The translations under genes and the position numbers were made by a program. This document shows, in pieces, positions 29,424 to 38,895 of a DNA stretch of 64,000 nucleotides. The DNA lies in IMG/VR virus record IMGVR_UViG_3300008267_000003, positions 98,012 to 162,011 of that record. One strand, 5' to 3'. The stretch comes from a virus. The notes under the pieces were generated by a model. That model was not told the origin of the DNA. It ran no database searches and saw nothing but the letters and a program-made list of their open reading frames with translations. Position 1 is the first letter of the stretch; the number at the start of each line of letters is the position of its first letter.

Positions 29424-32186
29424 ATGAAAAAAATCTACGAAGACATCAACAGGATCCTTAGTGAGAAGAAGTTTACTTCATCTTCTCGGTCACAACCAAT
29501 TATAGATGTTAAATTTAAGGAGGTAAGGGATTTTGTACCAGATTTGAAGACACCTATCAATCGTAGAGGTGGTCCTCCAGACGGTCTTCCAAAAAGGTTA
29601 GCTGGAAGTCTTGGTAGAGGAGCTAATATTCTAGCTCTAGCTGATTTATTAAGCACTCACGGTGAATTGAATACAGGTGAAGATGACGAGCTTAAGAAGA
29701 GACGCGCGTCTGATCCAAAATATCAGGAAGCTGAGCGTCAGCTGAATAAACCTAGACCTGTAAATTTTAGAGATGATAAAGGAATTCAGTATGATACTCA
29801 GGGTAACCCATTCAGAGATCCTAACAAGGAAGCAATGGCTACCCACTCAGCAATAACTAAGAAAGACGTTGTTCCGCAGGCATCATCTATAAGCACAACT
29901 AGACGAGCAACGTCAAAGAGAGTTGCTTCCGACAATACAGCTAGTAGTAATCAAACAACTGCTAACACTTACTGGACTAACCCAAATCAACCTGCTAAAT
30001 CTGAACCAGCTAAGCCAGAACCAGCTAAGCCAGAACCAGCTAAGCCAGAACCAGCTAAGCCAGAACCAGCTAAGCCAGAACCAGCTAAGCCAGCATGGAC
30101 AGAGCCAGCTTATCCAGAACCTAAAGCAAACTCAGCTAAACCTGAGCCACCTAAAGCAGAACCTAAAGCAGATGTATCAAGTGTAGCTAAAGAATATATC
30201 AAGGCGAATGCATCTAGCAAGCCAGAGCCTGCTTCTACTGAAGAAAAACCAGAAGAAAAATCTAAAAGAGTAAAGATTATTAAACCTAGTACTACTTCTG
30301 AAAGCTCCATGCTTAGTAGAATCAGAAATGCTTTAAGTGAGAAGCATCAGGTGGATGAGGTTGTTGGTGTTGGTACCAAAGCTGTCAAATACGGTCCGTC
30401 TGCTATTAGATTTGGCTACAAATTTTTCAGAGATGTTTTTAAAGATAATAAATCAGAGGTTACTGTTACAAAACCTCCTCCAGCTCCTAAACCTGAATCC
30501 AAACCTCAACCACAACTTCCTCCTCCAGCTTCTGCAGCTAAGGTAGAAAGACAAGTACCTACGTCAAAAGATGTAGTAAAGACCGAGCCAAAGCAATCCA
30601 GTGTAAATGTTTCCAAAGACGCTAAAACTGAAAGACAAGTTAATGTTTCCAAGGACGCTAAAACAGAAAGACAGGCTACTGTTTCCAAGGAAGTTAGATC
30701 AGATAAAACTGGAAAAGGAAAAGTAGGTCAGAAAAATGCTACTCAGGATATTGTTGTTAGACAAGCAGAACCAGTAAAAACAGATAATGTACCTGCTGTA
30801 AAAACAGACAATGTTCCTGCCGTAAAAACAGATGTAAAACCTTCTGTAAAAACAGATAATGTACCTGCTGTAAAAACAGACAATGTTCCTGCCGTAAAAA
30901 CACAAACAGGAACTGCTGTAGTAACTACAACTACAACTAAAAATCAAGTAGAAACTAAACCAGAAACTCAGTCAAAATTAAAAAGAGTTGGGCCACCACC
31001 ACCTCCACCTCCAGTAGATCAACAAACAACCGAACCGGAACCACCTAAGAAAAATACATTTAAGCATGGTCCTGAGCCTTTAATCTTTAAAAATGAACCT
31101 CCTAGGGAAGATCCAAAACCTCAACCTAATAACGTAGTGCCTCCGGAGCCTCCAGCACCTCCGCCTCCACCTCCACCACCGCCTCCTAAAAAAGGACCTT
31201 CGTTAGTGGATCCAGTGCCTCAGCCTAATGTTGTAGTGCCACCAACACCAGCTCCAAGGAAGAGTGTTCAGGATTGTCCAACTGGTGATTGTGATCCAAA
31301 CCTGGACGTCAAAGCGATGTATGCTAAACTAGCATCATCTACCTCAAGAGGCTACAAAGAATCCAAACCTAAATTTTCAATGGAAGACACCCAAATGAAC
31401 ATCAACAAGAAATTTAATGTATCAGATAATCTATATCAGTCCGTAATGGAAGTGATGACAAAAGCTAAAAAACCTGGATCAGTTCCTGGTAATCAGGCCG
31501 AGAGAGATCTTGCTGCTAAGCATGGTGACCCAGATAGAATCACTCACGGTGACATTCTTGTTGCACGTGGTGTTGTAAAGAGTAACAAACCACCTATGAA
31601 GGAAGAAATAAGTGTTTCTAAGGACACTCCAGGCAACGGCTACGAGCATCAGTGCGCAATCCATGTTAAGCAAGTCAGCGAGGGATCGATGGATAAAATG
31701 TCATTGAGTCAGTTGAAAGCTAAGCACGAGCATCACTACACAAGTGATAGTCAGAATTATCCTGGAGCAGAAAATGATGTAGATGATGATCCTGATCGTA
31801 TGGAAAAACATAATAAAGCTTCTAAGGCCATTGAATCCCATGTAGCCAAGAAGTTTGGTAAAGCATCAAGTCGTTCAATGGTGGCTGATAGCAAACGCAA
31901 AGTCAAACAAATATACAAGTCAATGTACAATGAAGGGGTATCAAAGAACATGGACACTCCAGGCAACGGCTACGAGCATCAGTGCGCAATCCATGTTAAG
32001 AGTGAGTCGTTTGGAGAAGGCCGTACAGTAACTACTCAACATGCTGATCCAGATGCATACGGTAACATTGCATGGTATGATGTTATGTTTGAGCATGGTA
32101 TTGAAAAAGGTGTTCCAACTTCTGAGCTTGAGATTCTTGTTTCTGAGTCGCATATGCATTCAAAGCGTAAAAAAAAGGGAATGTAA
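29424..32186 (+). CDS. Large Pro/Lys-rich repetitive modular protein, predicted internal head protein
   Basis: PEPAK and VKTDNVPA repeats, poly-Pro, duplicated DTPGNGYEHQCAIHVK. Confidence 0.7.
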   Translation: MKKIYEDINRILSEKKFTSSSRSQPIIDVKFKEVRDFVPDLKTPINRRGGPPDGLPKRLAGSLGRGANILALADLLSTHGELNTGEDDELKKRRASDPKYQEAERQLNKPRPVNFRDDKGIQYDTQGNPFRDPNKEAMATHSAITKKDVVPQASSISTTRRATSKRVASDNTASSNQTTANTYWTNPNQPAKSEPAKPEPAKPEPAKPEPAKPEPAKPEPAKPAWTEPAYPEPKANSAKPEPPKAEPKADVSSVAKEYIKANASSKPEPASTEEKPEEKSKRVKIIKPSTTSESSMLSRIRNALSEKHQVDEVVGVGTKAVKYGPSAIRFGYKFFRDVFKDNKSEVTVTKPPPAPKPESKPQPQLPPPASAAKVERQVPTSKDVVKTEPKQSSVNVSKDAKTERQVNVSKDAKTERQATVSKEVRSDKTGKGKVGQKNATQDIVVRQAEPVKTDNVPAVKTDNVPAVKTDVKPSVKTDNVPAVKTDNVPAVKTQTGTAVVTTTTTKNQVETKPETQSKLKRVGPPPPPPPVDQQTTEPEPPKKNTFKHGPEPLIFKNEPPREDPKPQPNNVVPPEPPAPPPPPPPPPPKKGPSLVDPVPQPNVVVPPTPAPRKSVQDCPTGDCDPNLDVKAMYAKLASSTSRGYKESKPKFSMEDTQMNINKKFNVSDNLYQSVMEVMTKAKKPGSVPGNQAERDLAAKHGDPDRITHGDILVARGVVKSNKPPMKEEISVSKDTPGNGYEHQCAIHVKQVSEGSMDKMSLSQLKAKHEHHYTSDSQNYPGAENDVDDDPDRMEKHNKASKAIESHVAKKFGKASSRSMVADSKRKVKQIYKSMYNEGVSKNMDTPGNGYEHQCAIHVKSESFGEGRTVTTQHADPDAYGNIAWYDVMFEHGIEKGVPTSELEILVSESHMHSKRKKKGM
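30003..30092 (+). repeat. Six exact tandem copies of GAACCAGCTAAGCCA (EPAKP)
   Basis: Read directly from the sequence. Confidence 0.95.
30774..30902 (+). repeat. 24-nt tandem repeat (VKTDNVPA-like) x5, in A-B-C-A-B order
   Basis: Read directly; units begin GTAAAAACAGA. Confidence 0.9.
31622..32000 (+). repeat. Exact 49-bp direct repeat (31622-31670 and 31952-32000), 330 bp apart
   Basis: GGACACTCCAGGCAACGGCTACGAGCATCAGTGCGCAATCCATGTTAAG occurs twice. Confidence 0.97.
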
Positions 32187-33077
32187 ATGAAGACTCTAAA
32201 GCAGATTATTGAGGGTGTTGTTGTTACGTCTGATTTTAAATTGGACAGAAAAGGTCGCAAGTATAAAGCTCATCGTATGTCGATGGGTGATGATATGAAG
32301 GAAGATTCAAATCCTTATACGAAAGTATACGAAGAGGATACCTTTACTAAAACCCTTCCTCGTATGGGCAACAAAGCCTTGGATACAGCCAAAGGTTTAA
32401 TTAGTCCTTATGAAAAAGCTATGTCTGATATGTCCCCTGGATCTGATTACTACAAGAAAAACATAGAAAATAATCCAGAAGCAAAAGCAAAAGTTGATGA
32501 TTTCATGAAGTCAGCTCCCAAAGCTAGTGAGCTTGATTCCAGCATCGATAAAACAAAACAAAAATTCAACAAAGCTCTCACAAACAAAGGCACGGTGGGT
32601 GATTCTGTTGAAGAGGATACTTCAATAATGAACGCAGAAAGATCAAAAGTTCTAGCAAGATTTATCAAAAGTGCTACTCCAAAAAATGGACAAGTTGTAT
32701 ATAATGTTGATACGAGTGGAGAAGTTTCTGAAGCACGAGGACGTCCTGCTGGTGCTGCTACTCTTGCTAAACGTGCAGCTGCAGCTTCTAAGCCACGTGA
32801 GGATGATGAGGAAGGTGAACATTACGAAGCAGATAGTGGAGTAGAAGCAGATCAGCATATCCATGTTCAGTTAAAGAAAGCTGCTGACTCTGATCAGAAA
32901 CCATTTGAAGTATCCTTCAAGAATGGTAAGAAACATACTGTATCTCAGAAGGTTGCTAAGGATATTCTCAGTGCTACAGAAAGACTAAAACCAGAACACA
33001 GAAAGAACGTTCATGATGAGATTCATCATTCTTATGATAATCTAATGTCGGTTCATAGATTGGTAGCTCGTAAATAA
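32187..33077 (+). CDS. Hypothetical predicted internal protein
   Basis: CTS-like MKTLKQIIE; internal VSE|ARGRP; His-rich C-terminal module. Confidence 0.65.
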   Translation: MKTLKQIIEGVVVTSDFKLDRKGRKYKAHRMSMGDDMKEDSNPYTKVYEEDTFTKTLPRMGNKALDTAKGLISPYEKAMSDMSPGSDYYKKNIENNPEAKAKVDDFMKSAPKASELDSSIDKTKQKFNKALTNKGTVGDSVEEDTSIMNAERSKVLARFIKSATPKNGQVVYNVDTSGEVSEARGRPAGAATLAKRAAAASKPREDDEEGEHYEADSGVEADQHIHVQLKKAADSDQKPFEVSFKNGKKHTVSQKVAKDILSATERLKPEHRKNVHDEIHHSYDNLMSVHRLVARK

Positions 33078-33448
33078 TGCCTCTCATAGCTTCTAATGTG
33101 GTAATTGTACCTCCTCCAATCAAGCCTGAACCAAAAGAACAGTCAATTGTTGTTGGTGGTAGTGATTGGAGAGATCAACTCAGTAAACAAATTGAGCAAA
33201 GAGTTGTGGAATTACCACCTAAAGAAGCAGTAGTAACTACTCAACGTCAAATTATTGTTGGTGGTGGCAACTGGAGAGATCAGCTTAATAAGCAGATTGA
33301 ACAAAATGAGCCATTAGAAGTAATTGCTGTTGCGGTTGAACCACCAGACGTACCAAAACCTAAGAAGAGCAGAAAGAAGTCAGAAAAGTTGATAGAGTAC
33401 AAAGAATCTTCTTTTATGAGTGATATGCTGTCAATTAACAAAGAATAA
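33077..33448 (+). CDS. Hypothetical protein with an internal duplication
   Basis: IVVGGSDWRDQLSKQIEQ / IIVGGGNWRDQLNKQIEQ. Confidence 0.7.
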   Translation: MPLIASNVVIVPPPIKPEPKEQSIVVGGSDWRDQLSKQIEQRVVELPPKEAVVTTQRQIIVGGGNWRDQLNKQIEQNEPLEVIAVAVEPPDVPKPKKSRKKSEKLIEYKESSFMSDMLSINKE

Positions 33449-33481
33449 ATACAAGTAGTTCGATTTTTTAAGGAGTAAAAA

Positions 33482-34342
33482 ATGCCATTATGGGGAAATC
33501 AAGACGCAGCAAGTAACTCAGTTATTTCTGCTCCTGCTCAATTTAAACAAGCACCAAACACTGCAAACAGAGATGCTTTGTACGGTAATACTACACAAGA
33601 TGGAGTAGTTGCTGGCCAGACAGTTGGTATGTATGCTGCTGATACTACAGAGATGAGTGTTGGTTCTGGTCCAGTTGTTGATGCTGTTATCACTTTTGCT
33701 GGTTCTGGATACAGAGCAAACACAACTGTAGCATTTAGTGCTAATAACACCGGAGCTGATGCTGCTGCCAATGCTCAATCAAATGCTTCTGGTAGAATCA
33801 CTGCTGTTAATCTAACAAACAATGGTTCTGGATATTCTACATCACCAATCATTACAATTGCTGCACCAGCTGCTCAGACATTTGCTGGTAACACAACATC
33901 TGTTACTGTTGGTAACACAACAAATACTGGCTGGATCACACTTGGATCCAATAGAGTATTCTTTGTTAACAACGACATTGTAACTTACCTTGTTGCTGCA
34001 AGTAACACTGCTATTGGTGGTCTTACAAACAACACCACATATGCGGTGCAAACAATTAACTCAACAGCTATTCAGTTGCTGGTCAGTGTTGGTGGTGCTT
34101 CTGTTAACCTCTCTTCTGCTGAAACTACTACAGCTCAGGCTGGCCATTCGCTTACTGGTGAAACAGCAACTGGTGCAGTTACTGTTGGTGGTGCAAAAAA
34201 TAGAGGTATTTCTCACGCTGGATGGGTAGTTAGAACTGAAGGTACTGGTGGTCGTGCTGGTCGTGTACAGTATGAGACATTGGTCGCTATGAGTTCTATT
34301 ACTGGTGACGGTTCGGATGACAATCCTCTACCTGACGCATAA
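33482..34342 (+). CDS. Virion structural protein (fibre- or decoration-like)
   Basis: MPLWG start, T/A/G/N-rich, HAGWV...GRAGRVQYETLVAM; AATAAATA and AAGGAG upstream. Confidence 0.7.
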   Translation: MPLWGNQDAASNSVISAPAQFKQAPNTANRDALYGNTTQDGVVAGQTVGMYAADTTEMSVGSGPVVDAVITFAGSGYRANTTVAFSANNTGADAAANAQSNASGRITAVNLTNNGSGYSTSPIITIAAPAAQTFAGNTTSVTVGNTTNTGWITLGSNRVFFVNNDIVTYLVAASNTAIGGLTNNTTYAVQTINSTAIQLLVSVGGASVNLSSAETTTAQAGHSLTGETATGAVTVGGAKNRGISHAGWVVRTEGTGGRAGRVQYETLVAMSSITGDGSDDNPLPDA

Positions 34343-34626
34343 TGACTGATCGTGCTAAAAAGATATCGGAGCTGACCGCGCTGGCAGCTCCGGCTGGTGA
34401 AGACCTGATGGTGATTGTAGATGATCCATCAGGTACTCCTATTACCAAGTATGTCACAGTTTCAAACCTACTAGGTAATTCATCAGCTAACGTTGTGGTG
34501 TATCATGCTACTCCTGCCAACAGTACAATTACTGTTAAGAAGGGGACAATATTGATTGATAATAACTATATCTATGTTGCAACAGCAAACAATACACTTA
34601 AAAGGGTTTCATTGACTTCTTTCTAA
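34342..34626 (+). CDS. Small structural protein
   Basis: KKISELTAL, DNNYIYVATANNT fibre-like motifs. Confidence 0.65.
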   Translation: MTDRAKKISELTALAAPAGEDLMVIVDDPSGTPITKYVTVSNLLGNSSANVVVYHATPANSTITVKKGTILIDNNYIYVATANNTLKRVSLTSF

Positions 34627-34627
34627 T

Positions 34628-35032
34628 ATGCCAATTGATGATTTGAATGAAGCAAATGCTTTAATATATGCTGCAAAACATTATGACAATCCTCATTTTT
34701 TTGATACTATAGAATTCTATGAAGATCTAAGTAGGTTTAAATATTTAAAGAAATTGTTTGGACGATATAATGATACAGGTGAAATTAATGATAGGCTGGT
34801 CTTAAATCATCTCACAGTAATTTATAATGTTTTTGGTGTTGAAGCAGCTACTAGATTGTTGTTCCTCAAGATGGAAAATTATAGTTCTTATTTGAAACCA
34901 TTCTTACTGTTTTTGAACTTTTGTCCAGATGTCATATATAATGTCAATGGTAGAAACATACGAACATCAGACATTGTAATGGATCCTAAAATAGTAGAAA
35001 TGTTAAGACAAATAAATGATCAAACAAGATAA
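34628..35032 (+). CDS. Conserved T4-like hypothetical protein
   Basis: YAAKHYDNP, EFYEDL.RFKYLKKL, RLVLNH. Confidence 0.75.
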   Translation: MPIDDLNEANALIYAAKHYDNPHFFDTIEFYEDLSRFKYLKKLFGRYNDTGEINDRLVLNHLTVIYNVFGVEAATRLLFLKMENYSSYLKPFLLFLNFCPDVIYNVNGRNIRTSDIVMDPKIVEMLRQINDQTR

Positions 35033-35558
35033 AAAGCCTAAGCTTCCATCACAAATCAAAGATGTTCCTTCTTTGACGAAGAATCCTCTTGTCGATGTTT
35101 TTCTCACATACCAATTCATTAAACGTATTGTAGTTCCATTCGAGCAATGGGATGCCTACAAACTTGGTATCATAGATAAAAACGGTAAGGTTCTCAAGAA
35201 AAAGAACACACTTAAAACAAAACAAGAAAAGGCTGCGTGGGGATATTTTGATATTTTAACAGCCAATCTAAAGAAGATGTTGGCTAAAGTTCCTGCAGCT
35301 AACAACGTCGTTGGATCATCAGTTGCATCATACCTTCTGATTAAAGAGAGTAACAGTGAAGCTTTGTTAAATGAAGTATATTTTGAAGTAAGATTCAAAG
35401 AAGTATATGAAGAATTTTCTAATATGAATACTGGTGATACCAATATGCCTGCAAACCATGCTAGCTCAGATATTGCGACGTATGACCCTATACTGCTAAA
35501 AAAAGTATCCAAAGCAAAATCTATGTTGAAGAGAAAGGTTCCAAATGTGGGTTCTTAA
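35016..35558 (+). CDS. Conserved T4-like hypothetical (structural region) protein
   Basis: YQFIKRIVVPFEQWDAYKLGIIDKNGKVL. Confidence 0.7.
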   Translation: MIKQDKKPKLPSQIKDVPSLTKNPLVDVFLTYQFIKRIVVPFEQWDAYKLGIIDKNGKVLKKKNTLKTKQEKAAWGYFDILTANLKKMLAKVPAANNVVGSSVASYLLIKESNSEALLNEVYFEVRFKEVYEEFSNMNTGDTNMPANHASSDIATYDPILLKKVSKAKSMLKRKVPNVGS

Positions 35559-36051
35559 CTTCCTACCTGACTGGATATTTCACGCTCTGCTTGTTGTAGG
35601 TATTTTAGGATACATTGCAACATTCCTCATTAGATTCTTACCTGGATTTGTATACGTATACAAGCTACCCATCCAACTTATTTCCACTGGTGTTATTGCT
35701 CTTAGCGTTTATATGTTAGGTGCTATTGCTGAAAGAGCTGCGTGGGAAGCCAGAGTAAAAGAAATGGAAGAAAAGGTCAGAATTGCAGAACAAAAAGCTC
35801 AGCAAGTAAATGAAGAAATACAAATCAAGGTAGTCGAAAAAACTAAAGTGATCAAAGAAAAAGGTCAGCTTAGAATAGAGTATGTTAATAAGCTGGTGAA
35901 AGGTGACACTGTAGAGATAGTAAAAGACATGAGTGAAGAAGAGAAGCAAAAGTTTCTTGCGAAACAAAAAGAGCTTCAAGATGCTTTAAAGAATTGTCCT
36001 GTTCCCAAGATTCTTGTAGAAGAACATAATAGAGTGGTGGATCAAAAATGA
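35545..36051 (+). CDS. i-spanin (Rz-like)
   Basis: N-terminal TMs plus a coiled coil, followed by a lipoprotein. Confidence 0.7.
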   Translation: MWVLNFLPDWIFHALLVVGILGYIATFLIRFLPGFVYVYKLPIQLISTGVIALSVYMLGAIAERAAWEARVKEMEEKVRIAEQKAQQVNEEIQIKVVEKTKVIKEKGQLRIEYVNKLVKGDTVEIVKDMSEEEKQKFLAKQKELQDALKNCPVPKILVEEHNRVVDQK

Positions 36052-36314
36052 GAGCATTCATAATTATTGGTACTTTACTACTTACTGGATGTTCAACCAC
36101 TGTTCCTGTTACTGCAAAGTTTCCTGCTGCTCCAGCAGTTTTAATGGAGAAATGTCCCCAACTGAAAAAGCTTCAAGGTGATCAAGTCTCTATAGTAGAT
36201 CTGCATACCACGGTAGTGGAAAATTATACATTCTTTTATGAGTGCTCAGTTAAAGTTGAGGCGTGGCAAGAGTGGTATTCTTCTCAGAAGAAGATATTTG
36301 AGGATGTCAAGTAA
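36048..36314 (+). CDS. o-spanin (Rz1-like lipoprotein)
   Basis: Lipobox LTGC, Pro-rich FPAAP..LMEKCPQL. Confidence 0.75.
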   Translation: MRAFIIIGTLLLTGCSTTVPVTAKFPAAPAVLMEKCPQLKKLQGDQVSIVDLHTTVVENYTFFYECSVKVEAWQEWYSSQKKIFEDVK

Positions 36315-37030
36315 TGCCTAATTATTTTCTAACAGATGATATACATCTAAATGTTTCAAGAGGTTTAGTAAAAGATGCTGAGGTTGTAAACGTCTTTGGA
36401 TATAATTCGAACGTTGCAACAGATTTTATTCCTCTATGGGAAAACAACGTAGAATATACCTACCCAACATCTAACCTAGTAATGTCAGCGGTGAGCTCGA
36501 ACACAACTGATATTGGGGTAGTATATTTAATTCAGGGTTTGGATTCTAATTTTGATAAACTACAGACAACATTTACAGTGAACGGGACTTCTCCTGTTGT
36601 AATTGACAACCCTTTTTTTAGAATTAACAACGTTGTATCAATAAGTGGTAGTGAGGTAGGGAATATCACAATAGCTAACTCTGGAACTACTTACGCAAAG
36701 GTCCTAGCTGGTACTGGGAAAAATCAAGCTTCAATTTTCACAGTACCAAGAGGGTATGAATTTTTCTTATATCGAATAGATGCTTTCAGCGCTACAGCTT
36801 TATCGAATAAATACTGTATTTTCCGGAATGTGGTGAGAAGTTCATTAGCCAACACAGTCCTAAGAGTTGCCGAAACTACTTTTATAAACAATATGAATAT
36901 AATGAGACGATTTCCGTTCAAATATAGTGAAAAAGTAGATATTCAGTTTCAAGCAAAAAGTAGTAGTCAAACTAATGAGGTAGGTATTTTTTCTGAGGGT
37001 GTATTAGTAAAAAAGCCAATAGGACCATAA
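36314..37030 (+). CDS. Hypothetical beta-rich virion-like protein
   Basis: NVFGYN, IQGLDSNF, FFRINN, YTVP-like motif. Confidence 0.65.
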   Translation: MPNYFLTDDIHLNVSRGLVKDAEVVNVFGYNSNVATDFIPLWENNVEYTYPTSNLVMSAVSSNTTDIGVVYLIQGLDSNFDKLQTTFTVNGTSPVVIDNPFFRINNVVSISGSEVGNITIANSGTTYAKVLAGTGKNQASIFTVPRGYEFFLYRIDAFSATALSNKYCIFRNVVRSSLANTVLRVAETTFINNMNIMRRFPFKYSEKVDIQFQAKSSSQTNEVGIFSEGVLVKKPIGP

Positions 37031-37040
37031 TAAATATTTT

Positions 37041-37137
37041 GGATACACACCTTAGGACCGTTAATCTTTAAGAGTGTATAAGGAGGCCCCTGCCTACTAC
37101 ATCTGCATTACAATTGCAGAGGACATAAGTGGGGCAA
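37041..37137 (+). ncRNA. Candidate structured RNA leader upstream of the endolysin
   Basis: Two multi-stem hairpins in a 137-nt non-coding gap after AATAAATA. Confidence 0.45.
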
Positions 37138-37167
37138 CACCAACCATTATAATAAAGAAGGTGACAT

Positions 37168-37794
37168 ATGAACTTAACACTACAACAACTAAAGCAGTTG
37201 CTTCCTAAAAATCCGTACGTTGAACATTGGCATCATGCTCTTGAGCAGCTGCTACCTGATTATGATATTAACACGCCAAAGCGCATTGCTGCATTTGTTG
37301 CACAGTGCGCACATGAGTCTGGTGGGTTCACAGCTATTAAAGAGAACCTAAACTACAAGGCTCCTACTCTAAGAAAGCTATTTTCTAAATACTTTCCTAA
37401 CGATGAACTTGCAGCAGTCTACGCATCCAAACCTAATAAGCAGGAAGCTATTGCAAATAGAATCTACGCAAGTCGTATGGGTAACGGAGATGAAGCTAGT
37501 GGAGATGGGTATCGCTACTGCGGTCGTGGATTAATCCAGCTGACTGGTAAGAGCAACTATCAAAACTTTGCTGATAGTCTGGAAATGAGAGTTGAAGATG
37601 TGCCTGAATATCTTGCTACATTTGAGGGCGCTGCACAGAGTGCTTGCTGGTTCTGGGAAGCAAACAACCTTAATAGATTTGCAGATGCTGGTGACATTAA
37701 AGGATTAACAAAAGCAATCAATGGTGGTTACATAGGATTGGAAGATCGCATCAAGCACTATGAGCATGCGCTTCATGTACTAGGAGCTCACTAA
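37168..37794 (+). CDS. GH19 (chitinase-like) endolysin
   Basis: AAFVAQCAHESGGF, ENLNY, YCGRGLIQLTGKSNY, TKAINGGYIGLEDR. Confidence 0.93.
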   Translation: MNLTLQQLKQLLPKNPYVEHWHHALEQLLPDYDINTPKRIAAFVAQCAHESGGFTAIKENLNYKAPTLRKLFSKYFPNDELAAVYASKPNKQEAIANRIYASRMGNGDEASGDGYRYCGRGLIQLTGKSNYQNFADSLEMRVEDVPEYLATFEGAAQSACWFWEANNLNRFADAGDIKGLTKAINGGYIGLEDRIKHYEHALHVLGAH

Positions 37795-38024
37795 TGAAAT
37801 ATCTACCCCTACTAATGCTTGTAGCGTTGATGGGATGTGAAGAGCGCTACAGATATCCATGTCAAGATCCAGGAAACTGGCAAGAGGACTTCTGTAAGAA
37901 GCCTATTTGCAGTGCAAACGGCACTTGCCCAGAAGATCTTACCCCATATGAAAAAGAAAAGGTTGGAGGCACAACTGGAAATCCAAATCTACAGCCTGCA
38001 CCCAGCAAAGGAGATTGTAAATGA
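37794..38024 (+). CDS. Small Cys-rich lipoprotein
   Basis: Lipobox LMGC; RYPCQDP..C..P.C...GTCP. Confidence 0.75.
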   Translation: MKYLPLLMLVALMGCEERYRYPCQDPGNWQEDFCKKPICSANGTCPEDLTPYEKEKVGGTTGNPNLQPAPSKGDCK

Positions 38025-38473
38025 TTAACGAATTATGGTCAGGAGAAAGATACTCTACAGAAGAACTTAACGCACGTTTAAAATTCTTCATTGGTATCGT
38101 TTTAGGTTTAACACTATTTGGTATTGTGTTTGTTGTATTGTATAGTCTTATTTTTGTTACTCAACCAATGAACGGTATGAGTCCTGTGGATAACAAGTTC
38201 TTTGAGCTTATCATTCCAATCGCGACATTCTTAACTGGTACACTATCTGGTATTATGTTGGCAGGTGACGATAAGGATCTGAGAGCAAAGGCATTAGAGG
38301 CTGCTAACAAGCCACCTCCACCTTCAGCTCCACCTCCAGCACCAAGACCATCTCCAATGGCATCATCAAGCATGGGAATGGATGCTCCACCTAGTATGGC
38401 ACCAGCTGGTGGTGTAACAATGGGATTTGGTGGTAAGCCAGCTCCTCCTCCTGCGTTTGAACCAGAATTATGA
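38021..38473 (+). CDS. 2-TM membrane protein with a Pro-rich tail (holin-like)
   Basis: Two hydrophobic helices, in the lysis module. Confidence 0.65.
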   Translation: MINELWSGERYSTEELNARLKFFIGIVLGLTLFGIVFVVLYSLIFVTQPMNGMSPVDNKFFELIIPIATFLTGTLSGIMLAGDDKDLRAKALEAANKPPPPSAPPPAPRPSPMASSSMGMDAPPSMAPAGGVTMGFGGKPAPPPAFEPEL

Positions 38474-38694
38474 ACTTCTTAGTCAAGATGCTTTCCGGAG
38501 AAGGAGAGGATAATCCAAGTAGCAAGAGAACTATTACCTTCCTTGCTTTTCTGCTAATTGCAGCTGGATATGTAGCAGAGGTGTTCTTCGAAAAAAGAGT
38601 AAATCCTGAAACCTTCAACGCAGTAATGTATATTGTACTTGGAGGTCTGGGATTTACCACAGCTGAAAAATTTACTAACAAGGAAAAGAAATGA
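38470..38694 (+). CDS. Small 2-TM protein (holin-like)
   Basis: NPSSKR, two TMs, basic C-terminus. Confidence 0.65.
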   Translation: MNFLVKMLSGEGEDNPSSKRTITFLAFLLIAAGYVAEVFFEKRVNPETFNAVMYIVLGGLGFTTAEKFTNKEKK

Positions 38695-38894
38695 AAAAAG
38701 AGATTCTACTTGGATCAATGATCCTATTCCTTCTTTTTGCTCCACTATCTAAAGCAGCATTTGCTGGTGGTGAGATGAAAGAAGTTTGCCATAAAGAAGT
38801 TAAAAAAGGCAAAGAAGTCGACGTCTGTAAAAAGATCAAAGTGCACAAGAAGTTAGAAGGCACAGCGATCCCAGAAAAAGCACCTAAGAAATAA
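38691..38894 (+). CDS. Small secreted Lys-rich protein
   Basis: Signal peptide and two Cys. Confidence 0.6.
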   Translation: MKKEILLGSMILFLLFAPLSKAAFAGGEMKEVCHKEVKKGKEVDVCKKIKVHKKLEGTAIPEKAPKK

Positions 38895-38895
38895 G

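Noticed and set aside
31622-32000. 49-bp direct repeats as a mini-CRISPR or att sites
   Set aside because: Only two copies, 281-bp spacer, in frame within a CDS, and no cas or integrase gene in the window
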